A stretch of 64,000 nucleotides of DNA from Tubiluchus corallicola (GCA_030141605.1 JAQGDQ010000044.1:124001-188000), one strand, 5' to 3'. Positions 26,802 through 40,894 are shown, numbered from the stretch's first letter. A program made the numbers and translations. Notes: generated from the sequence alone by a model not told the origin.

Positions 26802-29800
26802 AGGATCCAGTTCCATAGGCAGTCGTAATTAATGACTGATACATGGGGTTATTTATTCACAATTTGTGTTTACAAATCAGATTAGTGTAAACAAGTTTAG
26901 CACTAATAATGAAAAATAATATTAATTGCTAGAACAGAGTATCTAAAAGTTACACAAGGGTTTATTCAACCTGCTTTACTTTTTCTACTTGCGTAGCTGC
27001 ACTGATCTTGCAGACTCTGACGGATTATGCAGATCGTGCGGACGACCCGGTAGGTGCTATTTGTCAAGCGGTAATAATTGCAAAATGCGCGCTTTAACGG
27101 TTTTATGTAAGAGTTTATGTGGTAACGGTCAAATTGTTTACATAGAATTTTCACTAAAAGGGGAAAAAGGCTATCCTAAAGTATGTGCCAAAATCTTCCC
27201 ACAGACAGTTATATTGCTTTGTATTGCGCTTATATGATGAGTAATATGTAATTAGAAAAGAAAATTCGTAATAATTAAGAATATCGCACCACATAGTAAA
27301 ACGGCATTGCATCGTCACCCCAATGTGCGCCATTTGTTTATCAAAAAAGTTTTCTTGAACTTTTTGGTTAGCGAAAAGTGTGCTACAAATGCTTTTATTA
27401 TTTTTTCCAACTTTAAGCAAGATTATTCAAAACGACGTACCTTTAAACTAACGATCATCGCGAGAGTTTAAATTTACAAATTTTATATTGCTGACGCAAG
27501 CTCTGTGCACAATAAGACAGCAGGTAAGTGATATAAAATTTCAAGACGAAGATTTCTTGTGCTAATTAACAATCAGCTATGCAGCTTTTACACTTTGTTT
27601 CGCTTCATAACCCGGTTGCATGTGAACCCGCCTTAACTATTTAAACGATATATTTCTTAAACGTTCTAGAGAGATTAATGGACGTTTTTGTGGAAAACAG
27701 CCGCATCTGTATACGCTCAGTGCTTAAATTCTCGAAAACCGATCTGCAATATGTTTGGGTAAAAGCCAATTTCATTAAAGTAAAAGTCTCAGTGTTGGCA
27801 AGCAGCTAAAAGCGTTTCAGTGATGTCGCTGGGGAGAATTTATAAGAAATTTATTGAAAGATGGTAGTAGTCAAACATCGCTTGTGAAAATATACTGCAG
27901 GCAAAGATTGATAAAATATTGTAGTTTTTCTACGATACGGCTTCTCATGCCTTCGGTTTTGCATGCAGCTTTATAAACGAAAATGTTAAATTTGCAACAC
28001 CATGTCAGAAATTGATGTGCTACACCACAAATGTCTCCGCTCACAATGTCAGAGTAACATATTTGGTTGACAGGTCCTTCATTTGTCCTTCGCTGCCATG
28101 TTTTATTGTAAGGTGTCATTGTTGTATAAGTGGTATATCTCTGAAGTGCATTTGGATGAATAATATTGTTGTGTTGCGTTACGTTATGTTATGTCGTGTT
28201 GTGTGTCCTATTGTCAAACGTTGTGTTGTGTCATGTTTTGTAGTGATTAATTTCGTTAAGTTTAATTTAGTTTACTTCAACTTATTTGGATACCTATAAA
28301 GTACAATAAAATATTGTAACCACTGGTCTGCTAACAATAAATAGGCAGAAGGAGTTACACCCGGAAGGCACCTACAGAGATACACTACCTATGTGCATCT
28401 GTATCATGTGTCGTGACACGTCATTTTCTTCATCTCATGTTACGTGTCGTGCCGTATTGTATCATGTCATATCATCTCATGTCAAGATATGACACGTTAT
28501 TTTACATTTGTGTCATATTGTGTATTGTTTGGCGTTTGTTACGTGATTTAGGTCTATGCAAAAGAGGATATAGAACACCCGATTTGAACTTTTCAGAAGT
28601 GGAAAAGAAATTGCACTGCATTGTCTTAATGTTAAAAATAGAAAGCACATAAAAATGATGTTGTATATGTTTTGCGTCTTTTTATTAGGTATATAACTAA
28701 TTTAAACTACATGAAAAAATTTTGCTACTCGACCTTGCTTTAAAAATTACAAAACACGCAAGCGATGAAAATGTTTGTGCCGGAGAGTTTTAGATTTGCA
28801 AAATTTAACAGTGTTACCTTGCAGTTGCGATAAGTTGATAAAATAATGAAGTACTGCTGTAAAAATAAAAAATTGCTTTGTGAAGAAATAAATTTACCCT
28901 GTATCTTTCAAAACTTACGCCACTCAAAAGTTTCTTCAAATGTCAACGCTGAAAAGAGTATTATAATACCTGTAGCAGTTGAATAGCAAACTGAGGCAAG
29001 ACGTTAGGCATGACTGTTTAGACTCAATCTCATTTTAATTTACTGTCCTAAATATGCAATTTCTTGCCTATAAAAGTTAGCAGTTGTTTCTTATATTTGA
29101 ATAATTAGCTTAGAAAGTTAATTAAGGACAACCGAACACAGCTAATGCTTACGTCAGAAACTAACCCCTGCAATTTTTGCAATGACAGGTATCTTCCCTT
29201 GCGCGTCAAGCGCGTTTGCAGTTACAGTTTGCAGTAACTGTTACAGTACTGCTTTAACACGTGATGTTACGAAAATGGGCTTTACGTCATATGACGTCAG
29301 AAACTAACACTGCAGTTCATGATCATGGTTATCATGGTACCGCGTTCTGTTTGCCGACCACAAAAAGGGGCTGTTGCCAATCTTAGTAGATTCACTGAGC
29401 CGCGCGTAGCATTGAAAATTTAACAAAATTTGAATATCCGATGTAGTAATTATTTAATCTAAGCTTTGATTTAAAAAAGCTATTGTAGTTTTCAATATTT
29501 TAAAGCATTCTTTATTCTGAACTAATCTTTACACGATCGTCCGGTTTTTCTTTAATGAAGAATTTTGAACATCGTAACAAATGAAGAAATAAAAGTTTAT
29601 CGTCGTCAAAATATTCCAATGATAAAATTGATATTTGTGTTCGTAAATTACCTAGTCTATCCACAAGTATAATTATGTCAAATGAAGATATTTAAATCCA
29701 CATTCTGACGGAAATATTTAAAAACTCGGAAGCTACGTTGGCGAGCCGAGAAGCCACTGAATCATGAATATTATTAGGTAAAAAGTAATTGTAATAACAT

Positions 29801-29892
29801 CAGTGTTATGGAAACCAAACGCTATGGATAAGTGCATCGTTAAAATCAAGTGCTTTTTCTTTCTACGATCCTGCGAATAACCCTTTCAGTGC

Positions 29893-30200
29893 CATAGGCG
29901 TACGAGCCGAGAGAGGCTGGGGCTGGACCACCGGATTCGAGCAAACAAATTTTTTTCGGTCAATCACCAACTTTTTTGGGCACCGGCCAAATAATAAAAA
30001 ATAAAATAATATTTTTCGTAAAAGGAAATCTCGAAGTTCCTCTATGTCGTCAAGCGGAGTGCCCGAAATCGGGGCATTTTTGATCATTGGGTGGGGTGAG
30101 GCTATTCTCGGATCCGAACTTCTTTCGGGTTGACCCTATATTTTTCGGGCATATTTTTCAGCCCGCCCCCCCCTGAAAAAAATCGGCACGTACGCCTATC
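29893..30200. mobile_element. hAT-type MITE with 8-bp TSD
   Basis: Termini cataggcgtacg / cgtacgcctat(c); flanks ttcagtgc / ttcagtgt. A second family member lies at 44132-44385. Confidence 0.85.
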
Positions 30201-30474
30201 TTCAGTGTGCTTGATCAAAGTACAGACCCTCCTCCCCTAGCCACGCTACTGACAATAAAATATCGTAAAAGATCGCAAAGATTGTAAGGCGTGTGACATA
30301 GTCCTAAGTTTTGTGGTGTTGATACTTAATTCGTGCTTTTAACCCTTAATATATGAAGTTTCATCCGAACGGGCATTTTTATAACAGAACTTTTGTTTAT
30401 TACTTACATCGCTACACTTTCTGTGCTTTTTCTTGTGTTATTTGTAAACACTAGAGGGCTCATTAACAAGTGAT

Positions 30475-32350
30475 TATTAATTATTATTAAAAATCTTTAT
30501 TGAAAGTGATACAATAAGCCCTTTATTTGCAGGGCACATAAGTACAAAAATGTTAAATCTTTACGTTACGTACATTAAATAAATGTTTTATTAAATTCTT
30601 CACAGTTACCAATTTCTTACTAAACAAGCTAACAATTTTGCATTACGATTTATTTATTCTAAATATATATCCAATATTTGCGTATAATGTTTATACATGT
30701 TATACTCTATGTACAAGTAGTATATGTTGTAGCTTATATACACATAAATAATCTTATGTTGCTGTCATTCGTATATAAATAGTATGACCTGTATAATCAG
30801 TTTACTATAAGAACATTTTGGGTTAGTTCTTTTACAATATCTATATATATTTTAACTACATTAGTGTCTCTCTTTCTGCAAATGGTCCGAATGTCATTAT
30901 ATTCTAAACCGCGTTCGAGATTAACTCTTATACCTTGTCTAACCGTTTGACTGCCAATACCGCAAACACACAGATCTCAATCAATTATTCTTATCCTGTA
31001 TTTAAATGATTTGCAACCTCTTCTAAGTAGAAGAGCTAACGCACTTGTTTCTATAAATCTGTCATATTCACTGACTGGTATATCTAATGGTGTTGTGAAT
31101 ACAGGAATTATCTCTCGCGGATTACCGGTCAACTGGTTTACATTTTTTACTCCATAAAATTTTGATGTATTTATCCACTTCATTTTTATTATATTTGAGG
31201 TTTGTTTTTTGTCCAAATTACCGACCGTCAACGTATCATTTCGGGCAATTTCCATGCCTTTTGCAATCTTTAAAAACAATTTAGCTTTCGTTATGTGATT
31301 GGCCAAAAAAATTGTTAAAATATTGGCCTAGATTACGCAGCTGATCAATAGGTTGAATTTCACATTTAACTACATCATCCTCTGGTTTATCTAACGCTTT
31401 CATTAAGAATTTGCTGACAATAGATGAGAACAGTATATCGATAGGGGTAAACCACATGTTCATTCTAATTCAGTTTTCGGCGGATTGTATTTAATACCCA
31501 CGGCTGTTTTGAGTTTATCATATATAAGGTCGTTGAAAGTCTGTATTTTTTAATCTAGCCAGCATGTAGCGGCATACCATAACGTTGGCAAAACAGTGGT
31601 TTTAGATAAAGCAATGATCGTGGATATCTTTAATCCTTTTTATATTTAGAACAGAATTTTTTTATTTTATGCTATTTATTCCTGGCTTTCTGACTTGTAG
31701 TAGTTACTTGCGCCTCAAATTTAAGTTCATTATCAACATTTACTCCTAATACATTAGTTCTGTTCACATATTTAATTGATTTATTTCCAAACATGAGATT
31801 TGGGGTGTTTGGCTCGTACTTGAACTTCAATGAGTTTTTGCACATTATGGCTTCTGTTTTATTTTCCGCGCAGTTAATATTCATACACCACATGTTACAC
31901 CACATAAACAAATTATCACCTTGCACTTGTGCTGCTATATAAGCCTCATTCATAGTGCTGCTTGCTGTTAGAAATGTGCTGTCATCGGGATATTTAAATT
32001 TATGAAAGTTATAGGCCTCAATTGTTTGCAACACATCCGCTATATAGAACACAAATAAAATTGGGGACAGCACAGAACCTTGGGGTAACCCCATCTGACA
32101 AAAGTATTTGTTCGACAGGCGATTATTAACTTTTAAATAAATTTTGCGGTCTTTTAGAAATGCTACAACGAGGTCTAACATGTTGCCCCGTATGCCTTTG
32201 TCATACAACTTCCAGATTAAACCGTTTGACCATACACTGTCGAATGGTTTTTTAAAGTCGCAAAATACTGCAATGCAGCCTTTTTTCTCGATTAGTTTAC
32301 TTTGCAGTTTTGAAATTAGTCTCGTCAGATATTGGGTTAAACTTCCCCCT
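30475..32350 (-). mobile_element. 5'-truncated, decayed non-LTR retrotransposon (I/Jockey or CR1 group) with reverse transcriptase domain
   Basis: ORF 31672..32397 has RT motifs VFCDFKKPFDSVW, GLPQGSVLSPILF and YPDD (mutated YADD). It continues through stops and frameshifts (ORFs 31281 and 30977) to a CVCG remnant, and ends in AATAAA plus a (TAA)n-like tail at ~30475-30500. Confidence 0.93.
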
Positions 32351-32389
32351 GGATTAACAAGTGACATGTGTGAAGTCAGGCAGGCCAGG

Positions 32390-32870
32390 AGCGACAAGGA
32401 AAACAGAAGAAAAGGGGAAGGAAAGAAGAGACGAGAAGAGAGGAGAGGAAAGCAGAGGGGAGAAGGGAAAATAGGAGAAACGAAACAAGATAAGACGAGA
32501 GGAGATCAGGCAAAATGAGATCAGAAATGAGACGAGAGGAGGTAAAATGAGATGAGATGTGATAAAAGTGAGACGAGATGAGGTGAGATGAAGAAAAGAC
32601 GTGATGAGGGGAAAGACAGGAGATGTGTGGAGAGGAGAGCAGAGGAGAGGAGAGGAGAGGAGAGAGAAGAGAAAAGAGAGAAGAGCAGAGGAGGAGAGGA
32701 AAGTAGAGCATAGGAGAGGAGAGCAGAGGAGAGGAGAGGAGAGGAGAGGAGAGTGAGGAGAAGAGAGGAGAGCAGAGGAGAGGAGAGTTCAGATGAAATG
32801 AGAGGAGAGGAGACAAAAGACGAGCTGAAATAAGACTAGATGAAATGAGACGAGACTAGACGAGATACCA
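32390..32870. repeat. Purine-rich degenerate (GAGGA/GAGAT)n microsatellite
   Basis: Seen directly; accounts for ORFs 32376..32816 and part of 32144..32518. Confidence 0.9.
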
Positions 32871-32877
32871 CTAGCTA

Positions 32878-33040
32878 GATCTGGGTTACTTGTAGCTAAA
32901 TCTGTGTTACCGCAAACTTGATCTTTGGTTACCGCTAGTCAGGTCTGTGGTTACCACAAAACAGATCTGTGGTTACGGTGGTCCAGCAAGTCTGTGGTTA
33001 AAACTAAAAACACCCTAGATGAGCCAATTCTGTGGTTTAA
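32878..33040. repeat. Degenerate ~21-bp minisatellite with core atctgtggttac
   Basis: Six or seven imperfect copies of (g)atctgtggttac(c). Confidence 0.6.
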
Positions 33041-34129
33041 ACGTCTAACCAATTATGTCTAGTTCCAAGTTCTGCTTCAAATTCCTACAGATTGTAGTAA
33101 CGTGCATGGCTGCAGGTGCAATAAAGTTTCAATGGTATAACATAATAGTGATAATAATAGCTCGTGTTTGCAGAGTTCAGCGTTAACAGTAGCAATCGTC
33201 TCTCATGAGTAGTTATGATATGGATATAAAATGAAATAGTGCAAATATTTACTGACAATATTACAACAATAATAATGGAAAACAATAACGGTCACGTGAT
33301 TTTTTGATAATACATGTTCAGCAGAATCAGCACTGTTTCGAACTGCGTTATCCTGTAGGAACACCTCATGACTACGTCATCTTGTTTAGCTAATTATGGC
33401 AAACCATTATGTAAGAACTGTCTAATCCAAGATAAATTAAAGTTTAACGTATCTATTCTAGCTAAAACCAAGTCTCTTTTTGCTTTGAGAGTGCTGGAAG
33501 CTATACTGATGTTTTAAAAGTAAAAAAGTTTTAAATTAATTCTGTAAAAACATTCGACTTTTTACGAGAATGAAGTAAAATTCTGGTCAGCTTTTTGAAA
33601 TGTTTATAACTGATACTTAATGCATAACCTGCGTAACTTTCGTATAACAGTGTTTTGCTGAATAATGATATTTGACTTGTTTTATAGTCCCTGGTGAATC
33701 CTAGGTACCGTGAAACGCGTGTTGAACGATATTCAAGAATACGTATGTTTCATATTAACTTAAGTATGGTAGAAGTTGAATTACAGTTTACCACTGCAAG
33801 TAAGACAACAGTCATATTGATCGTTCTTAGACATTAGGTTAATTTAGGTAATTGTAAAAGCCTTTTTGTTGTGCTGAGACGCCAAACACAAAGCTGTTTC
33901 AACAACTTTCGGCAAAGGTGACCTTTCGCTGCTTAATTTCTGTATAGTTATCGGTCTAATGCAGATTTAAATTAAATTACCATTTTGCCCAAATTTATTT
34001 TTCTCAATCCAAAGTCAAGTACATTTATGTACTTGCAAAGTTATTACTGTACACTGACAATGGTATTGTAACTGCTATTGTTAACTACTAGTCAGCTCTT
34101 GCTTTTTTGTGAAAAGGGAATAAAATATT

Positions 34130-34299
34130 ACATAATTTGTTTCTAAAATTTATTTAGCTCTTTTAAGAATTACTAACTCTGTATTTACATTTAATCTTGT
34201 ATTTTTTATTTCGTATTATTTTATTTCATTTTATTGTATTGTATTTGTATTTTATGTGGTCTTAGTTACCTGAATAAAAATTTGAATTGAATTGAATTA
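34130..34299 (+). repeat. Dispersed AT-rich LINE-like 3' tail ending in (GAATT)n; second copy at 55270-55431
   Basis: tacataatttgtttctaaaatttatttagctc...ggtcttagttac aligns with 55270-55431. Confidence 0.75.
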
Positions 34300-35874
34300 C
34301 ACGTTAATTTGTACCGTCGTGTAGTAGGCTGCATGTGATCATTTTAAATTTCAATGACTAAAGGTTGGTAACATATGTGAATTAGTAAAACAAGACTTAT
34401 AATTAATGTAGAGCCAAAAATGATTTCGACGTTCGATATTTGTTCATATATTGTATTAAATGCTGTTATGGTCGCCAAACCTAATTCAGTTACTGTAGTG
34501 AACAACTGCTTTCTATGTTTACAAGAAGCAAAATTATGACATAATTGTATATCAGAATATAATAGTTAGTTGCACAAGATTTTTACAAAATCTAAGTTAT
34601 ATCTTAGATGGAACTCACGGACAAGTTAGCGTTACGAGTAAAACTGTAAATTAAATTCTAGAATGGAACAAATAGACAAGTTACCATTACGAAGCTGATT
34701 TATATCAGTAGTAGCTACCACCTATGTCAGCAAAGGAAGCATATGTCACCTATGTCTCAAAAAAAACTTCGGCACATAATTTTCTCACATAAATGTTGAA
34801 ATATGTTGATTAAAGAACAATATTTTCGACTTGCTCTAGTATAGTGCTATCCATTTTTACTGAGTGAGTGTCATTTTAAAGTTTTGTTGTTGATCATGAT
34901 TAGGAAAAGGAAAATTAATTTTTTTATCCTTTGCCTCGGGTTTTATTTGGTGTGAATACAATATTATTTTATACTGCAGTAGTAGTCACATTCAGAGAAA
35001 TTTAGTGTTTAAAGAAATAAAGGTACCACAACACTTCGTATCTCACTTCGTATCTTGTAATTTAAATCACTATGGCCTACTATTACAAACTGAAAATTGA
35101 AGCCGTAAAAAAATTAAAACAAAAATCGGCCAAAGTTATTCTTGCAGTCAACAAAATTAAGAAAATAAAATCAGAAATCGTCATCGGCAGCTAATATATT
35201 TTTTCGAAGAAACGCTGTTTATCATTCATTTTAGTTCATTTTTTATTTGCCATTTAATTTCATTTTTATTTTGAAGGCCCTCCTGAACCTGAAGTACCCC
35301 GGGCGGCCCCAAGGTCTAAATCCGGCCCTGATTATCATAGCTAAATAGTGGTGTTTAGTTGATGAATGTTTGTAGACAGGTATTTTTTGGTTTTTCTTTG
35401 CCTTTGTGTTACAGAACGTATGGCGCATGGCGTCTTATGATAACAAAAAATCCAGGTCACATTTATGAAGGCACGTAGGATAGGTTACCGTTATAGCCAT
35501 AGAAAAAGTCAGCTCACTTATTTTCTTTTCTAAATCTGGCTGAAGACTAACATGTATTGAATGCACGAGAGCGAGGAAAATACTTGACTCGCTGGTCAAT
35601 GGATAGGTGAATGTAAGGGAAGGTGTGCTATTATTCTCTACTGGTTTAGTTGTTCGTAGAGAGAAGATACGTATGTATACGTGTACGCAGTGGAATGACG
35701 TAAGTGCGAAGCCTCGTCTTGGGTGATTTTCTTTAGCAGATAGCTAGGTTGCAATCTCATCTTAGCTATTAACATTACCAGACCCTGCGTTGTTAGTCGT
35801 CGAAACAGACCCTACAAACTTTTTCTGTTTGTTGAGACGGCTCATACCTGCCAGTTTGGAATTGTCATGCCATG

Positions 35875-36040
35875 TATAGTATAATATAGTGTAGTGTGGT
35901 GTGGTGTGGTGTGGTGTGGTGTGGTGTGGTGTGGTGTGGTGTAGTGTAGTGTAGTGTAGTGTAGTGTAGTGTAGTGTAGTGTAGTGTAGTGTAGTGTAGT
36001 GTAGTGTAGTGCAGCGCAGCACAGCACAGTACAGTAGTAT
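35875..36040. repeat. (GTGTG)n/(GTAGT)n pentanucleotide microsatellite
   Basis: Seen directly; generates the HYTTL ORFs. Confidence 0.95.
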
Positions 36041-36059
36041 AGTTAATTAGTGTCACCTT

Positions 36060-36520
36060 TCATTTTACTACCATTTAAAACACATAAAAAAGTGCACACT
36101 TATAGTAAAATAAAAGCCACTTTATCGGCAGAGTTATGAGACACCTTAAAAATCATTAAAACAATCATTTGACAAGTAAATTAAAAACAGTCATTAAATA
36201 AACAATAGAACATCTCATTACATTAGTTAAAATGTTTTCTTCTTTCCAACATTAGGTGGCAGGATTGGGACATTTCTTTTAGACAAATGTCGCGCCACAG
36301 TATCTGACACAATTTATCATTATCGTTGAACTCACTAAAATTATTGATTTTTGCGCTTAGGCACTGGAATAACAAAGTGCGAATATCATCATAAAGAGGA
36401 CAGTGCAATAAAGAACATGTTTTTCAGATTCATGAAAATGAATGACACAACCTTTGATCTTCTGGGATATTAGTGTACCTTCCAATTTCTAACGTAATGG
36501 GGGCAACCCCACATTTACGT
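36060..36520 (-). mobile_element. 3' remnant of an L2/CR1-group LINE
   Basis: KCGVAPITLEIGRYTNIPEDQRLC...HCPLYDDIR motif, broken across ORFs 36430 and 36223. Confidence 0.8.
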
Positions 36521-37509
36521 ATGAGTAGTGTTCTATTGTTATTAATAATTAATGAACTAAATTCTTGACTTACCATACAGAGCAATACGTAAAGCATAAA
36601 CAGCAGAATGAGTATGGCTCTGTAATCCATGATGTAACAACCTAGAGAAGGAAATTGATAACTGAAAGTATGCATAGCAATATTTCGTAGCATATAATGT
36701 ACTGTGACATGCTTAATACAACAAATTAGTGAGCATGTATAAGTCTGTCATCGTATAGTAAAATACTGTGGTTAGCTACTATCTACGCCTTGTGTTGATT
36801 TAGTTTGAAATTGAATTTATGACTTTATTGCACGTTCCGGGCCAGGAGCAACAAAAAATCCCCCAATTTCTGCTGCGCACTCTTCACGTACATACTCTTG
36901 GCTAGATTTTTTGGCTAGGCTAGGCTTGACTTTTCATCAGAAATTTTCAACTCTTTTTTATCGGATTCATCATCTTCATAACTATAACTCTAGTCTGGTT
37001 GCAAATGCTTCATTAACGAATCTTAGGCTTCGTTAGGCTTCGATTCTTGTAGGTTTATCCGCCACATTTAGATAAATGCTACTGCAAGAACGTTAGTCTT
37101 GAGGAATCATATTTTGAAAGGAAAATAATGCAAAGCTGCTCGATTCATTAAATTACAATATTGTACACTTAAACAATACACAAACACTATGTTATTGCTT
37201 ATGCTCAAGCTAAGCTAAAGAATTACTTCCAAAATTTGACGGCGGCCTGGTTATAATTATCTTTCTTATGCAGCAAATTATGGACACTTAAACAACGATG
37301 GCAAGTCCACAGCAACAGCCTGTGAAATCTGAATGAGAAGTCTTTTAAAGCTGTTTCGTTTTTGTTTGTTCGAGTTATGCACATGCAGTAGTTCCTAATG
37401 GCTGAGATAGTGAATGTATGAATTGATGAAAGGATGAATGAATGATTGAATGAATGAACTAATGAATAAATAAATGAGTGAGTGAGTTCATATTAAAAAT
37501 TAAATTCAT

Positions 37510-38050
37510 ATTCTTTTGGCAGCTAGAGCAAATGTTATTATTCGCAATTTTAGCCATTATAGTGAGGAAGTCAAAAAACAATTGTTCAGAAGCTATCGTA
37601 CTACATACGGTGCTGCTCTTTGGAGAAATATTTATTCGAGCGTTTATAATGGTATTAAAGTAACTTCCGATAAATGTAAAAGTTATTTCCGCTGCCTTAC
37701 GATTGTAGTGCCTGACAAATGTGTTTAGATTTGAATATTGTATATTTTGATGTTTTAATAAGAAAAAAAGTATATTCTTTTTTTGATGAGAGTCAAAAAA
37801 TGCAACAATAATTTTATAGGTAACGGTATTTTAACTTCTGATGTTTTTATCCTGTCTAAACTGCGCAGTAGATGGAGGCAAGTTCTATTTAGTACAAACG
37901 ATTAGATTCATGAATATTTACTAATAATCATTTTATTTTTTAACTTCCACTAATTAATAAATTATTTTTCTGTCAATATTATGTGCGTATGTATTACGTG
38001 TGTTCTATGAACTTTTAGTTCGAAAATAAAATTTTACTTACTTACTTACT
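37510..38050 (+). mobile_element. 3' LINE fragment inserted in a (GAAT)n tract
   Basis: ARANVIIRNFSHYSEEVKKQLFRSY...YGAALW resembles the post-RT region of non-LTR elements. Ends in aataaa-(TTAC)n, with (GAAT)n on both sides. Confidence 0.7.
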
Positions 38051-38580
38051 TGAGTGAATGAATGAGTGAATGACTGAATGAATGAACGAAGGAACGAATG
38101 AACGAAGGAATGAATGAATTTGACTTACCTTAACATCTACAAAAGAAAATTATTAAGTAGCTTATGGAAAACCTACCATTCTGTTTTCTTAAACAAATGT
38201 TCAAGTATTTTAACGGTATTTTAACTTCTGATGTTTTTATCCTGTCTAAACTGCGCAGCAGATGGAGGCAAGTTCTATTTAGTACAAACGATTAGATTCA
38301 TGAATATTTACTAATAATCATTTTATTTTTTAACTTCCACTAATTAATAAATTATTTTTCTGTCAATATTATGTGCGTATGTATTACGTGTGTTCTATGA
38401 ACTTTTAGTTCGAAAATAAAATTTTACTTACTTACTTACATGAGTGAATGAATGAGTGAATGACTGAATGAATGAACGAAGGAATGAATGAATTTGACTT
38501 ACCTTAACATCTACAAAAGAAAATTATTAAGTAGCTTATGGAAAACCTACCATTCTGTTTTCTTAAACAAATGTTCAAGT
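37821..38580. repeat. Recent tandem duplication with a 390-bp period
   Basis: taacggtattttaacttctg starts at 37821 and at 38211. Copies are nearly identical apart from microsatellite length. Confidence 0.95.
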
Positions 38581-39177
38581 CGTAAAACTTGCGTTGTGAT
38601 TCTTCAAATGACAAGGGGATATATGTAAATTCCATTTTTAGTCCCTATGAGTTTTATGAATTATTATACTTTTTTCATGTGTAAAACAAGTGGGACATGA
38701 TCGGATGAGTTTCAAAGTTAATGTGGCTTTGTGCGCAGAAAAAAAACGATGGCAACGATAGCGATAATAATTTTTGCTTAAAGTTTTCAAGTGAATATAT
38801 TCGTAATATAATACTTGTAGGATCAATATAAAGTTGCATCGCTTACAAACTGTGTCATCGCCTGCCATCAACCGTTGTCCTTCTGCCACGGAAAGCAAGC
38901 ACTCTGATTTCTGCCGTAAATTGTGTTTAAAGTGACAATAATATAAGCAATGTGGCGGCTACATAAATACAAATTGATGTACGCACTTTGCACAATTCAA
39001 AGATCTCGTCAAAGTAGATAATCGGCTGCCGGAGGAGGAGATTTGGCAGACGAAATCGAATAGAAACGTTTTTCTGGCTTCTTGACAATTGGAAGACAAA
39101 TCCTGGGAGGACGGGTGCAGGCTTGTCCTGTTTGGCGTTACAAACACCAACAGTCACTCAACACCAGCAAAGTAAAC

Positions 39178-39265
39178 GTCTGAACTCAAAGAAACAGGAT
39201 GCGGCACCTGTATTTATAGACTTGCACGTGAAAATAGGTGAGTATTAAAATTTAGAGCCAATCAG
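39178..39265 (-). promoter_or_regulatory. Candidate TATA-type core promoter firing leftwards
   Basis: TATAAATA at 39218-39211, E-box CACGTG at 39225-30, CCAAT box agccaatcag at 39256-65, Inr-like TGAGTT/TCAGAC 32-37 nt downstream of TATA. Confidence 0.5.
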
Positions 39266-40894
39266 AACGCGAATTCCATTCCAGTATGGTTAGTATATTT
39301 TAAATTTATAGGGGTGTTTTACTTTAACAAGACTCGAAATAACGTGCAGGCCGCATATTTGTGTCCTTGAATGAGTGAAAAGTTTGAAAGGGAAACAGAG
39401 GGAAGCTCAGCCCCGCAACACTAATATTAGAAATTTAGCCTCTGCTAGTAGCAGAGATTAAATAGGAAAAAGAAGAAACCTTCTCTTAAAAATTGTGTCC
39501 ATATTTCGCTCTCAAACATTCCAACGACTCTACAGCGTTCGTTATTCAGCGATATCAGAAAGCTGCTGACAAGTTTACTGTTATGTTTCGCAGCTAAAAA
39601 CTAGGCGCTATAGGTCCAACAAAAAGATGTGATTTCTAATGCAGCACAGCTTTTACTGAAAGAAGCCCGCGAGATGAGCTGTCATGTGTGTTTACTTAGA
39701 CCAACTGAAGCCAATCGTGTTCTGCAGCTACTGAGCTGCACTGAGAAGATGAGAGCTGATTTGTAAAGTTTAATGACGAGCGTAAGTTGACTTACGTTGT
39801 AGATAAGATACTAAACTGCGCGGCTTATGTTGTAGATAAGCTACAAGAATGCATGTCTGTAAAATAATCCGTCAGTGATTTATGACACTGATTTTTTACG
39901 AGCGCCGTAAGGCGCACACCTGTTGTTGCTATTGCCGTTGTCGGTGTCGTTGTCGATGTTGTTGTCGTTGTTGTCATTGTTGGTGTTGATGTTGTTGTTC
40001 TTGCTGTTCTGTTAGTGCTGCCATTGTTATTGTCATTGCTAGTTTAAATGTAGGCCATGTTTTTAAAGACATGTAGCTCAAACTTCAAAACGAAACAACA
40101 GCAGAGAGAACCCACTTCAAACTGTAAGCATAGATTGTGCCGTTCAAGTAAATTCATTAAAATTTCACGCATTTCAATCAGTAATAACAGTTACAATTAA
40201 AATTTCAACCCTGATGACTGAGACAGACAAAACACTGCTTCCCTAGAGATGGTATAGCTGATTTCAGAGATAAGCGTGTATTATTCGCGACGTAATATTA
40301 ATTAATTTCATTAATAATTCACAGCAAGCAACTTCGTTAGGATTAATTGATCCAATGTAAACTAACAGCGACGTTTACGGCAACTGGGTAGTTTTGTAAT
40401 GACATCATTTTTCCAGACTTTATCAACTAAAGATTCCACAAATTGCGCTTTTCTGTCAGATGACGCCCGAACAATGTCTGAAAAACGCCAGCGAATGGTC
40501 TTTGGAAAGTGCGGAAATTACGAGCAGACAAAAGGCGTTTGCGTGATTGTGCGATGATGAATGAGGGCTATCATACTCATATCTTTGACGAGTTTCGTAT
40601 GAACAATATGAACGCTAAAAAGCACCAGGACGTGATTAAACGCATCAATAGTGATGTAGAATTTGCACAAATGCACCGATATTGCATGTAGGCTTTTAAA
40701 AATTTCTACCCTATATAAATAGTTTCAATAAAATGTTTTGTTTTCGAAATGAGGCGCGAGCCACAAGATCGTAGTATCATTAAGTTTTTCATGAGTTGGC
40801 TATTTCACTTTACTACAGGCAGGTAATTATGAAAAAGTGAACAAATGAACAATTATTGACATTTAATCAGTATATTCACTTCTTGTTCATTACT

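Noticed and set aside
32144-32816. ORFs of 124 and 146 aa
   Set aside because: They are the antisense of the RT plus translations of the purine microsatellite.
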